Source of the DNA: Nitrososphaerota archaeon
GTDB taxonomy: Archaea; Thermoproteota; Nitrososphaeria_A; Caldarchaeales; Caldarchaeaceae
Direction of reading: 5' to 3'
NCBI GenBank assembly: GCA_038891515.1
Contig: JAWAEB010000014.1
Coordinates: 1-24,000 of the forward strand
DNA: 24,000 bases
The notes below the pieces were generated by a model. That model was not told the DNA's origin. It made no database searches and saw only the letters and a list, made by a program, of their open reading frames with translations. This document shows positions 1 through 7,137 of the stretch, piece by piece. Position numbers and translations under genes: made by a program. The number at the start of each line of letters is the position of its first letter. Positions within the stretch are counted from its first letter, which is position 1.

Positions 1-528
1 ATCATAACTAGCGTGGAGGCCAAGAGGGTTGGTTACGTGCCACAGCAGATAGGCTTGGTCAAGAACCTAACCGCCCTTCAGAATGTACTACTAGGCTCCC
101 TAGGCCGCCCAGCCGGTCCCAGCCGAATCTTAGGAATGTTCGGTAAAGATGAGGTGAGAAGAGCCCATGAGCTTCTCGACGAATTGGGGGTAGGACACTT
201 GGCAGAGAGGAAGGCGGCACTGCTGAGCGGTGGTGAGAGGCAAAGGGTTGCTGTGGCGAGGGCCCTCATGCAGTCACCATCGCTTCTTCTAGCTGATGAA
301 TTTGTTTCCGACCTTGATGTTGTCAACGCAATGGAGATTATGAGGATAACAAGCGATATGTGCAGGCGGAAGAATGTTAGTGTGCTCATGACTATGCATG
401 ACGCGTTTCTCGTGAGAGACTTTGCTGACAGGGCTGTTCTGATCGGGTGGGGAAGGGTGATAAAGGATATTCCAGCCAAGCAGCTGGAACCTAACAGTTT
501 AGCATCACTTTTGACAGGGGATGTGTAG
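1..528 (+). CDS. phnC: ABC transporter ATP-binding protein, PhnC-like (phosphonate/phosphite-type importer); 5' end lies outside the window
   Basis: The frame is open from nt 1; the track ORF 13..528 starts at an internal GTG. ABC signature LSGGERQRVAVARAL, Walker B LLLADEFVSDLD, H-loop MTMHD. A PhnE-type permease starts 6 nt downstream. Confidence 0.8.
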   Translation: MITSVEAKRVGYVPQQIGLVKNLTALQNVLLGSLGRPAGPSRILGMFGKDEVRRAHELLDELGVGHLAERKAALLSGGERQRVAVARALMQSPSLLLADEFVSDLDVVNAMEIMRITSDMCRRKNVSVLMTMHDAFLVRDFADRAVLIGWGRVIKDIPAKQLEPNSLASLLTGDV

Positions 529-533
529 ACGGG

Positions 534-1340
534 ATGGACAGGCTCGGAAGATACATCGGAGGTTCTCTCATTATCCTCGCCCTAATCTATTCAGCACATC
601 AGGTTGGACTAACGGACTTGCCACGTCTTTTGAGGGGAGCGTATAATATAGGACAGCTCGTCTCGGAGGTCTTCCCACCGAATCTTGAGGTTTTGCCAGA
701 AACATTATCTGCCTTGACTGAGACGGTCCAAATGGCATTCTTGGGCACCTTCTTGGGTTTCATATTCTCGCTACCGCTATGCACACTCGGCCTCAGAACC
801 ATGTTTCCCCCATCCATCACAACACCTGTTAGGATTATTATGGGAGCTGTTAGAACAATACCAGCCCTCTTCTGGGCGGTCATCTATGTGATAGCTGTGG
901 GACTAGGCCCGCTCGCAGGCACCTTAGCAATTTCAACTTATACACTTGGCTACCTGTCCAAGATATACTATGAAGCATTCGAGGCAGTGGACAATGAGGT
1001 CTTGGACGCCTTACGATGCGCCGGAGCCTCTCGCCCATCCCTAATACGCTTCGCAGTAATTCCCGAGTCGATGAACACAGTTGTAAGCCAACTACTTTTC
1101 ATGCTCGAGTATAATGTGAGGTCCTCAACTATACTGGGTTTTGTGGGAGCCGGCGGGGTCGGATTCCTTATGATCAGCTACATTGAGAGACTTCAATATC
1201 AACGCCTGACCACAGTGATAGCACTCACACTCTTAGTAGTGATTACCATTGACTTGGTAAGCTCAACTGTGAGGAGGCGGTTCCTCCCCCCACTGAGGCT
1301 GGCACCAACTAAGGCGCGGACAACTAATAGAGAGGCATAA
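534..1340 (+). CDS. phnE: ABC transporter permease, PhnE-like
   Basis: 268-aa polytopic membrane protein. The segment EAFEAVDNEVLDALRCAGASRPSLIRFAVIPE followed by LEYNVRSSTILGFVGAGGVG matches the PhnE hallmark (..GAGGIG). Tightly coupled to the upstream ATPase. Confidence 0.8.
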   Translation: MDRLGRYIGGSLIILALIYSAHQVGLTDLPRLLRGAYNIGQLVSEVFPPNLEVLPETLSALTETVQMAFLGTFLGFIFSLPLCTLGLRTMFPPSITTPVRIIMGAVRTIPALFWAVIYVIAVGLGPLAGTLAISTYTLGYLSKIYYEAFEAVDNEVLDALRCAGASRPSLIRFAVIPESMNTVVSQLLFMLEYNVRSSTILGFVGAGGVGFLMISYIERLQYQRLTTVIALTLLVVITIDLVSSTVRRRFLPPLRLAPTKARTTNREA

Positions 1341-1803
1341 GACCAAAGACAGAGAATTCATCGACGAATTCCCCAGCTGTCGGGGAGGGGTTCTGAATAA
1401 TAGCCCACTTCGGCCACAACGAGATAAGACGGAAAGTTCTATGTAAGTATTAGTTCCAAGACCCTATACGATCTGCTTCAAAGACTAGTAGACATCGATA
1501 AAATAAGATGGTTTGTAGAGCATTGCGACGAGTGTATGGGGAGAATGCTGTTAGTGAGGCTGGGGATGATTGTATGTTATAATTCGGATGATCGACTGCT
1601 CTAATACGTAGAACATCTTACCCAGTAATTAAAACTACAGGCCCACATCCACACATGAAAAAGGGGACTAGGTTCTTCGATAGAAAGATAGGCAAGTGGT
1701 AAGAAACCGAGAAAGATGCATACTATCTACATGTAGCAGCCGATATCCTGCTGGATTTCTACAAACTCATCTGTGTAACTATTGAGCGGAAGCAGCGACG
1801 GCT

Positions 1804-1831
1804 GGGTCGGATAGCTAAAAACTGCCGACCC
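1804..1831. repeat. Perfect 7-bp inverted repeat GGGTCGG-N14-CCGACCC (stem-loop; the loop reads TTTTT on the minus strand)
   Basis: Read directly: gggtcgg atagctaaaaactg ccgaccc. It lies about 50 nt downstream (minus-strand sense) of the tRNA 3' half. Function is unknown; a possible terminator. Confidence 0.5.
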
Positions 1832-1879
1832 ACCAACCCACCTTACAATTACCAAATCTACATGGTATTTGCCAGACTT

Positions 1880-1914
1880 TGGGCCGGGGGAGAATCGAAC
1901 TCCCGATCTCCACC
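1880..1914 (-). tRNA. Orphan tRNA 3' half: anticodon-stem 3' strand, variable loop, T-arm, acceptor 3' strand and discriminator A. No 5' half nearby
   Basis: The minus strand reads GGTGG AGATC GGGAG TTCGATT CTCCC CCGGCCC A. This gives a canonical T-stem (GGGAG/CTCCC) and T-loop (TTCGATT). The matching 5' acceptor strand GGGCCGG is absent within several hundred nt on the minus strand. Confidence 0.55.
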
Positions 1915-1933
1915 TTGTTTGTGTATGTAATAT

Positions 1934-1943
1934 GGTATATATG
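1934..1943 (-). promoter_or_regulatory. TATA-like box (minus strand CATATATACC) about 25 nt upstream of where the tRNA-like sequence begins
   Basis: AT-rich box centred near 1939; the tRNA-like sequence starts at 1914. This spacing matches archaeal TATA-to-TSS distance. Sequence observation only. Confidence 0.3.
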
Positions 1944-1995
1944 ACGTTAGATTTAGATGTGATTTTGTTTTTCTTTTTTCTCGGCTTCTTTCTTA

Positions 1996-2670
1996 ATACT
2001 CTGTTGCGGTTGGGGCATTTATCTCTGTTGGGGAAGGTTTGACGGCATTTGCTACAATACCATCCTCCCCTGTCATATTGGGGCTGACTGCCTGATGGAA
2101 TAAATGGGGGCTCCTCATGTTCTTTATAGCTGAAGTATGGTATTCCGTCTTCAACCCATAGGGCTATTCTGACCTCTCTCCAGTTGTTAGCCTCTAAATG
2201 GAGCAGGCATTTATACATATTTGGTATTCTCAATGGCTGTGGCTATCTCCTCAATACTCTTGACCGTCTTTATGTTGTTGTGGAATCTTCTGGTCCTGTC
2301 TTTAAGCTTCCTAAACCACCTCTCTATCCTACTCCTCCCTCCAAATGTTTCATGGAGGTATTCTATTCCAAGCCTCTCCAAAGCCCATTGATACCACGGG
2401 CCTCTATCTACTACTATAACTGGCTTACCATCACATACTTCTAGGACCCCCATGAGGAATGTCAACGCGTTTAGGATACTAACACTCTCCCTAGAAGCAT
2501 AGGTTAGACAATACCTCCCACTAACATCCCTAAGCCAATAAGCCTTCTGTAATAATTATGGAACCTGAAAAGCCTACCCATACAGCCTACAAGATAATCA
2601 AATACATGCATGACACCACAAGAAATAACCAGACCATAAGCCTACTGGAAAAGCTTAAGTTGACAGTGCC
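1996..2670 (-). mobile_element. Decayed IS6-family-like insertion sequence, copy A (left boundary approximate)
   Basis: The right terminal repeat aagcttaagttgacagtgcc (2651-2670) reverse-complements to GGCACTGTCAACTTAAGCTT, resembling the IS6/IS26-type GGCACTGTTGCAAA terminus and the termini of copy B. Inside is a DDE transposase remnant. The left end shows only weak CTCTGTTGCGG-like matches near 1998-2033. Confidence 0.55.
2211..2547 (-). pseudogene. DDE transposase remnant (IS6-like), N-terminally disrupted
   Basis: A single open frame without a start codon reads ..AYWLRDVSGRYCLTYASRESVSILNALTFLMGVLEVCDGKPVIVVDRGPWYQWALERLGIEYLHETFGGRSRIERWFRKLKDRTRRF.. (track ORF 2211..2465 is its C-terminal part). 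The upstream part (2548-2630) is broken by stops and frameshifts. Confidence 0.65.
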
Positions 2671-2732
2671 TCTCGAGGGGCTCAAGTTAAGGTCACCCAT
2701 GTCCTTATCCGCTTCTCCGATATCTTCGGCCT

Positions 2733-3422
2733 GTGTGTTGGGAAGGATGTGTTGAACTGTCTTATCCTCCTTCCGAATGTCTTTCTGCTGTCTTGAAGAA
2801 GGACCCGCCTAAACCCAGATGGTCAAGTAGACGATTCGTCGTTGAACTGCGGTGTAAAGTCCTCTATGAGTTGTTGAGGAAGCCTTTAGATATTGAGAGA
2901 TTAAGGCGTTTCGTAGAGTATTCCGCAGAATGTAAATCGGCTTTCCTTAGAGGGTTCTTCGACAGCGAGGGAAGCGTATACAAAACCGGAGAAATACTGG
3001 TCTACAACACCGACTTAGGATTGCTTAAATTCGTCAAACTTCTGCTATCTTCTCTGGGGGTAGAGACGAATGGGCCACGGCTTAACATGAAACGTGGGAC
3101 ACCCTTCATAGACCCAAGGGGCAAAACCTACTATACAAAGAAAGATTACTACTGTCTCTACGTCCCATCTGACCATCGGCTGAACTTCTACCAACACATA
3201 GGACTTACGATAAAAAGAAAACAACAACGACTGGAAGACTTCCTTATAAGAACTGGACGACTGAAGCCTCCAGCCAAACCTCCCCTATTTTTTCCTAACT
3301 ATATCATGACTTTATATATCTTGCGGCCGCCGGGATTTGAACCCGGGATCCCCAGCGTGGCAGGCTGGTGTCATACCAGGCTAGACCACGGCCGCTTGGT
3401 TGTTGTATTTCTTGGTCTTTAA
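2733..3422 (+). CDS. LAGLIDADG-type homing-endonuclease-like ORF with a single motif, possibly truncated or pseudogenised; its 3' end reads antisense through tRNA-Gly
   Basis: Motif KSAFLRGFFDSEGSVYKTGEILVYNTDLGLLKFVKLLLSSLGVE is a classic LAGLIDADG helix plus following strands. The recognisable domain spans roughly 2830-3260. There is no stop before a T6 tract (3287-3292), and the ORF then runs across tRNA-Gly to 3422. IS copy A ends 62 nt upstream. Confidence 0.5.
   Translation: MCWEGCVELSYPPSECLSAVLKKDPPKPRWSSRRFVVELRCKVLYELLRKPLDIERLRRFVEYSAECKSAFLRGFFDSEGSVYKTGEILVYNTDLGLLKFVKLLLSSLGVETNGPRLNMKRGTPFIDPRGKTYYTKKDYYCLYVPSDHRLNFYQHIGLTIKRKQQRLEDFLIRTGRLKPPAKPPLFFPNYIMTLYILRPPGFEPGIPSVAGWCHTRLDHGRLVVVFLGL
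3322..3395 (-). tRNA. tRNA-Gly (anticodon GCC), 74 nt, no intron, CCA not encoded
   Basis: The minus strand reads GCGGCCG TG GTCT AGCCTGGTA TGAC A CCAGC CTGCCAC GCTGG GGATC CCGGG TTCAAAT CCCGG CGGCCGC A. It folds by hand into a full cloverleaf: 7-bp acceptor, 5-bp anticodon stem, loop CU-GCC-AC, and a canonical T-arm. Confidence 0.93.
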
Positions 3423-3425
3423 TTA
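3417..3425 (-). promoter_or_regulatory. TATA-like box (minus strand TAATTAAAG) for tRNA-Gly, overlapping the UbiD stop codon
   Basis: Centred about 26 nt upstream of tRNA position 1 (3395). Spacing argument only. Confidence 0.4.
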
Positions 3426-4970
3426 CGTTTTTCTGAGGTATCTGCCGTCTGGGTCTCTGGTTATGAGTTCCTTTTCTCTAATGTGTGTCCATGCTTTTAG
3501 AAACTCTCTGTAGGTTTTCCCGGTGTATTTCAGTGCTATCTCGCTGAAGTATCGTGGTTGGCTCAGCATTTCAAGCAGTTTCTCCGAGTTTATGTGATCT
3601 TGCTGGATGGTTTGGACGGGTTTGGGTGGGAGGCAGGGCATGAAACGCTGTCTAGTCCTATCCAGTGGTATCGTGGCATCAAACCCCATCTTGGATGTGC
3701 TGACAGGCGGCATCTCTGAGGGGAGGGACGGATCGAGTGGTATAGCCTTAAGGTCTTCCAGTATGAGGACGTCCTCTGAGGGTTGGGCTCTGTAGGTCAT
3801 GGCCCATATAACAGCCTCGTCATCGTAGATGTCTATATCCTCATCCACCACTACGGCATATTTGGGGAACGCTTGCCTAGATGCGGTTAGGAGTAGGTAG
3901 AGGGCGTTTTTGGAGTCGCCCTTGGCCCTAGGCCTTATGCTGGCTATTGCCCACATGCCACAGCTACCGGGGTGGAGGCGTATATCCCTCACATCTATCC
4001 CGGCCTGTCGCAAAGACCTGTTAAGGTCCAGCTCTATTATTGGAAAGAGAAGGTGTAAGTCTGTCCAGCCCGGCCGCCTGCCACCATGTGTGGCTGTCAG
4101 GAATATTGGGTTACGCCTATGGGTTATCGCCCTAACCTTCAGGATAGGGTTCATCTTCATACCGCCATAGGTTCCTGTGAACTCGCCGTACGGGCCCTCG
4201 TCCTTAACCCAGCCGATGGGCGGCATCTCACATTCGAGGACTATCTCAGCGTTGGCTGGCACGTATAGGTCCATGGTCTCACACTTGACCAGTTCAACAG
4301 GCTCGCCACGAATTCCCCCCAAAACCTCATACTCGTCTACATCATAGGGTGACGATATCTCTGCTCCGAGAAGGTCTATCGTGGGCAGTCCTATTACGAC
4401 TGCCACCTCCAGCGTTCTTCCCATCTCCATTGCTCTCTGGTAGTATGTCCTAAGCTTGTGGGGTGCTGTGACATCCACACCTGTTTCACGACTTGTTCTC
4501 AGCATCATTCGGTATATTCCCATGTTGTATACTGCGTGGTCTGGGTCCCTCGCTATTGCTACTGAAGCCGTTATGTAAGGTGCCGCATCCAACTCATGTT
4601 GTAGGTGTAGCGGAAATATTGTAAGGTCAACTTCTTCGCCGATCTTCACTACCTCTTTACACGGTGCGTTAAAGACTTCTACAGGCGGTATCCGTCTCTG
4701 AGTCCTTCTCTCAAGCTCCTGTACTACTCTCTTCTCCTCAACACCGAGTGCTAGGGCTATCATTTTTCTATTTGACGCAGTGTTGGCAGCTAGGGGCATG
4801 TCGTATCCTTCGATTTTTTCGATGAGTGTAGCCTTGGTGTAATTCTCAGATATTATCTCAGCGACTTGGTGTATTGATACTTCGCTATGGACATGATGCA
4901 GAAGGCTGTTCTCCTCTAATGTCTTAAGCCACTCTCCAAGTGTTACGGCCAAGCTAGGTTTACCGGGCAA
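3423..4970 (-). CDS. UbiD-family (prFMN-dependent) decarboxylase with an extra C-terminal domain of about 70 aa
   Basis: 515 aa with UbiD-like organisation along the whole length. Examples: LGEWLKTLEENSLLHHVHSEVS.., ..APYITASVAIARDPD..YNMGIYRMM.., ..GPYGEFTGTYGG.., ..MGFDATIPL. The TTG start at 4970 comes from the track. An alternative TTG at 4952 sits about 26 nt downstream of the TATA-like AATATATAT in the 19-nt spacer. Confidence 0.85.
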   Translation of the reverse strand: MPGKPSLAVTLGEWLKTLEENSLLHHVHSEVSIHQVAEIISENYTKATLIEKIEGYDMPLAANTASNRKMIALALGVEEKRVVQELERRTQRRIPPVEVFNAPCKEVVKIGEEVDLTIFPLHLQHELDAAPYITASVAIARDPDHAVYNMGIYRMMLRTSRETGVDVTAPHKLRTYYQRAMEMGRTLEVAVVIGLPTIDLLGAEISSPYDVDEYEVLGGIRGEPVELVKCETMDLYVPANAEIVLECEMPPIGWVKDEGPYGEFTGTYGGMKMNPILKVRAITHRRNPIFLTATHGGRRPGWTDLHLLFPIIELDLNRSLRQAGIDVRDIRLHPGSCGMWAIASIRPRAKGDSKNALYLLLTASRQAFPKYAVVVDEDIDIYDDEAVIWAMTYRAQPSEDVLILEDLKAIPLDPSLPSEMPPVSTSKMGFDATIPLDRTRQRFMPCLPPKPVQTIQQDHINSEKLLEMLSQPRYFSEIALKYTGKTYREFLKAWTHIREKELITRDPDGRYLRKT

Positions 4971-4989
4971 GATCTCCCATATATATTGT

Positions 4990-6390
4990 TTACAGCTTTA
5001 TCCAGCTTCCCCGGCTCATGATGCCCGGCATCTTAACAACCCTGACTCTCCGTATGAGACGACCCTTCTCCTCGGTTACTTGAAGTTCTAGGACTCCGTG
5101 GAATAGCTCTTGGATGAGTGCGGAGAAGACTGGTGTGATGGAGTCGGGGTTGATGGTTGCTATAAAGCCGGTGCCCGAGTGGGATGTCTTAGCCGCTATT
5201 GTTCTGATAAATTTCAACATTCTCTCTGGACCGGACTCCTCTGCTATGCCTGTCAACGAGTCTATTTGGAGGAGTTTTTTGTATCCTTGGAGTTGGTTAA
5301 GGGCGCTCGTTATGTTGATGCTCAAGTCCGTTAGATCTCTTGTAGTCGTGAACCGCTCCTTGGGTGTTATGCCGGCCAATTGGATGTACCCCTCCACCAG
5401 TATGAGCTTGTTTTGGCTCTCGTATTCCTCGCATCTTATCCCACTCGTGCCGGCTAATCTTCTTACACTTCTAGCATCATAGTCAAGGCATAGCTGGGCG
5501 ACTGAAATGTCTTCCTCTAAGCTGCGGCATAATATTCTGTTGATTATCGATGTTTTTCCCGAGCCTGAAGGGCCCATGATGAGTATATTAGATGGGAAGG
5601 GTATGCCACCCCCAAGTTCCCTGTCAATCCATGCCACACCTGTTCTGATCAAATCTAACTGGGCCGGCCTAGCTCTAGATGGCATCTCTCTAACGGTTAT
5701 GTTGAGAGATGCGTATAGTGCTGCAGCACCTGCCACAACCCCCATGAGTGGGGCTACTCCTCTCCAAATGCTGAATTCTTCCAAGGTGAAGACGCCGTAA
5801 AGGTAGTTGGATGCCACGTAGAGATAGAGAAAGGATACCAAGGCGTAGAGCAGGGAGCTGAACAGGGATAGGAGACCGCTGCCGACACCAATAAACTTCT
5901 CGAACCTTGAGAGTAGGGTGGCCGAGTAGGAGAGTATGAACCAGAAGACGAATCCCTGATATAGCGTTTGGGTTGGGAATGGCTCTTGTATTATGGGGGT
6001 GTGTCCGATGGATCTATGGATCGCTAGTGCAATGGCTGGCGTCAGAGCTGTGATGGTTATGTAGAACTTTGCAGCTTGGTGGGTTGGCACTCCTGACTGA
6101 ACTAGGATATTAGTCATACCCAGCGCAGCTGTGACTGAAATCACTGCTCGGGAAAGCGTGCTGTAGTAGATAGTGAGTGGGCCGGGTGGGATGTATCCTA
6201 GACGCTCCGCTATGATGGTTGCCGCATGTGCTAGGAGACCTATAAGACCCACTGGAAATATCCACCACCTAGTTTTCAGTCCCGTTGCACCGCCCAGCCG
6301 TTTGATGAGACGCATCAGCAGTAGGAATGGGAGTATGGCACTCAAGCTTATGGCCAAGTCGCCCAACAGGAGGAAGTCTATGCCGAGCAT
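4990..6390 (-). CDS. Membrane-anchored KaiC/RecA-superfamily ATPase: N-terminal domain of about 7 TM helices fused to one KaiC-like ATPase domain
   Basis: Residues 1-235 are seven hydrophobic stretches. Residues about 245-466 read GVAWIDRELGGGIPFPSNILIMGPSGSGKTS (Walker A), LLQIDSLTG (Walker B-like) and ..ELQVTEEKGRLIRRVRVVKMPG.., which is typical of COG0467 KaiC/GvpD/RAD55-type proteins. Confidence 0.8.
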   Translation of the reverse strand: MLGIDFLLLGDLAISLSAILPFLLLMRLIKRLGGATGLKTRWWIFPVGLIGLLAHAATIIAERLGYIPPGPLTIYYSTLSRAVISVTAALGMTNILVQSGVPTHQAAKFYITITALTPAIALAIHRSIGHTPIIQEPFPTQTLYQGFVFWFILSYSATLLSRFEKFIGVGSGLLSLFSSLLYALVSFLYLYVASNYLYGVFTLEEFSIWRGVAPLMGVVAGAAALYASLNITVREMPSRARPAQLDLIRTGVAWIDRELGGGIPFPSNILIMGPSGSGKTSIINRILCRSLEEDISVAQLCLDYDARSVRRLAGTSGIRCEEYESQNKLILVEGYIQLAGITPKERFTTTRDLTDLSINITSALNQLQGYKKLLQIDSLTGIAEESGPERMLKFIRTIAAKTSHSGTGFIATINPDSITPVFSALIQELFHGVLELQVTEEKGRLIRRVRVVKMPGIMSRGSWIKL

Positions 6391-6472
6391 ATTCCTAGTT
6401 GTGTATGTACCGCCTCCTATTATTTTGTTTGCTTTTCGGCTGTTATTAAAAAAGATTTTGATTCCTCTGGTG

Positions 6473-6491
6473 GGCTCTGTTAGCTTAAGCC
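6473..6491. repeat. Terminal inverted repeat of IS copy B (end nearest the transposase C-terminus)
   Basis: ggctctgttagcttaagcc; pairs with 7138-7157. Confidence 0.6.
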
Positions 6492-6498
6492 ATCTTCA

Positions 6499-7109
6499 TC
6501 ACCCTTTTATGCTGTTCATCAGGCTTAGTGTATCTGGCTGGGTGAGTATGTGGATGAGGTTTAGCCATCTCCAGACATGCTCTAGAATGCATTCCCTCTT
6601 CCTGCATGGGAAATGGTCGTCGAAGCTTTCCGTCCTATCCTTGAGTGTCTGTATAGCCCTCTCCATAGCCATTCCCCAAACCTGTACCTACGATGGGTCA
6701 GCCCAAGCCTAGCGCATGCTTCACCGTACCATGGAGCCCCATCGGTCCAGACAGGATGCCTACCATAAGCCTCCACCAGCGTCCTAAGGAACATCTCAGC
6801 CTGTATGCCGTTCATAGCCAGAATCCAAGGGTTCTTTTGCTGAAAGGCTCTTAGGCAACCCAGACCCATGCCATGAGCCCTTTAACGATGACAGCCGTCT
6901 CATCCACAAGGAATAGGGATACCCTATATCTAGCCCTGAAGAACTTTCTGAATCCTGGGAGCCTCTGAACCCACTTCCAGACAGCCCTCATGACTCCTGC
7001 CGACGAAAGGCTTAAGAGCCCTAGAAGCACATCTAAAGCTCAGGCCTAGGGCTACGAGGTAAAGCCCGTAGAGGACCGCAGGTAAAGCCGTCCTCTGCCT
7101 AACAAACAT
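6499..7109 (-). pseudogene. IS6-like DDE transposase, multiply frameshifted
   Basis: Hand translation across three frames gives: MFVRQRTALPAVLYGLYLVALGLSFRCASRALKPFVGRSHE / AVWKWVQRLPGFRKFFRARYRVSLFLVDETAVIVKG / ..VWTDGAPWYGEACARLGLTH.. (track ORF 6582..6869) / MERAIQTLKDRTESFDDHFPCRKRECILEHVWRWLNLI..G*. It parallels copy A (DRGPWYQWALERLGIEY..IERWFRKLKDRTRRF). Confidence 0.65.
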
Positions 7110-7137
7110 GACAGAACAACCGCAGCCCTAGGCCAAA

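Noticed and set aside
1354-1385. Two adjacent small hairpins after phnE (GAATTC-N6-GAATTC and CCCC-N7-GGGG) as a terminator.
   Set aside because: The stems are short (6 and 4 bp) and no oligo-T tract of the kind used for archaeal termination follows. They could be chance palindromes, since GAATTC is self-complementary.
1825-1831. GGGTCGG (minus strand) downstream of the tRNA 3' half as the 5' acceptor strand of a circularly permuted tRNA.
   Set aside because: It could pair with CCGGCCC using one G-U. However, it is one arm of its own perfect hairpin (1804-1831), and no D-arm or anticodon-arm sequence follows it.
1727-2233. A 168-aa minus-strand ORF spanning the tRNA half and the hairpin.
   Set aside because: Its first third (MYKCLLHLEANNWREVRIAL..) looks like the out-of-frame C-terminal tail of the copy A transposase (compare FPCRKRECILEHVWRWLNLI in copy B). 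The rest reads through a Lys-rich polypurine tract, the tRNA fragment and a palindrome. It is most likely fortuitous read-through.
2558-2755. A 65-aa plus-strand ORF inside or adjacent to IS copy A.
   Set aside because: It lies antisense to the transposase remnant and crosses the IS terminus. No motifs.
1880-3395. The tRNA fragment and tRNA-Gly as the attR/attL pair of one integrated element.
   Set aside because: The orientation would fit, but the two 3' portions differ throughout: GGGAGTTCGATTCTCCCCCGGCCCA against CCGGGTTCAAATCCCGGCGGCCGCA. The fragment is therefore not a duplicate of tRNA-Gly.
6173-6712. A 179-aa plus-strand ORF spanning the KaiC-like gene start, the intergenic region and IS copy B.
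   Set aside because: It crosses three unrelated sequence contexts, including an IS terminal repeat, and lies antisense to two supported features. It has no motifs.
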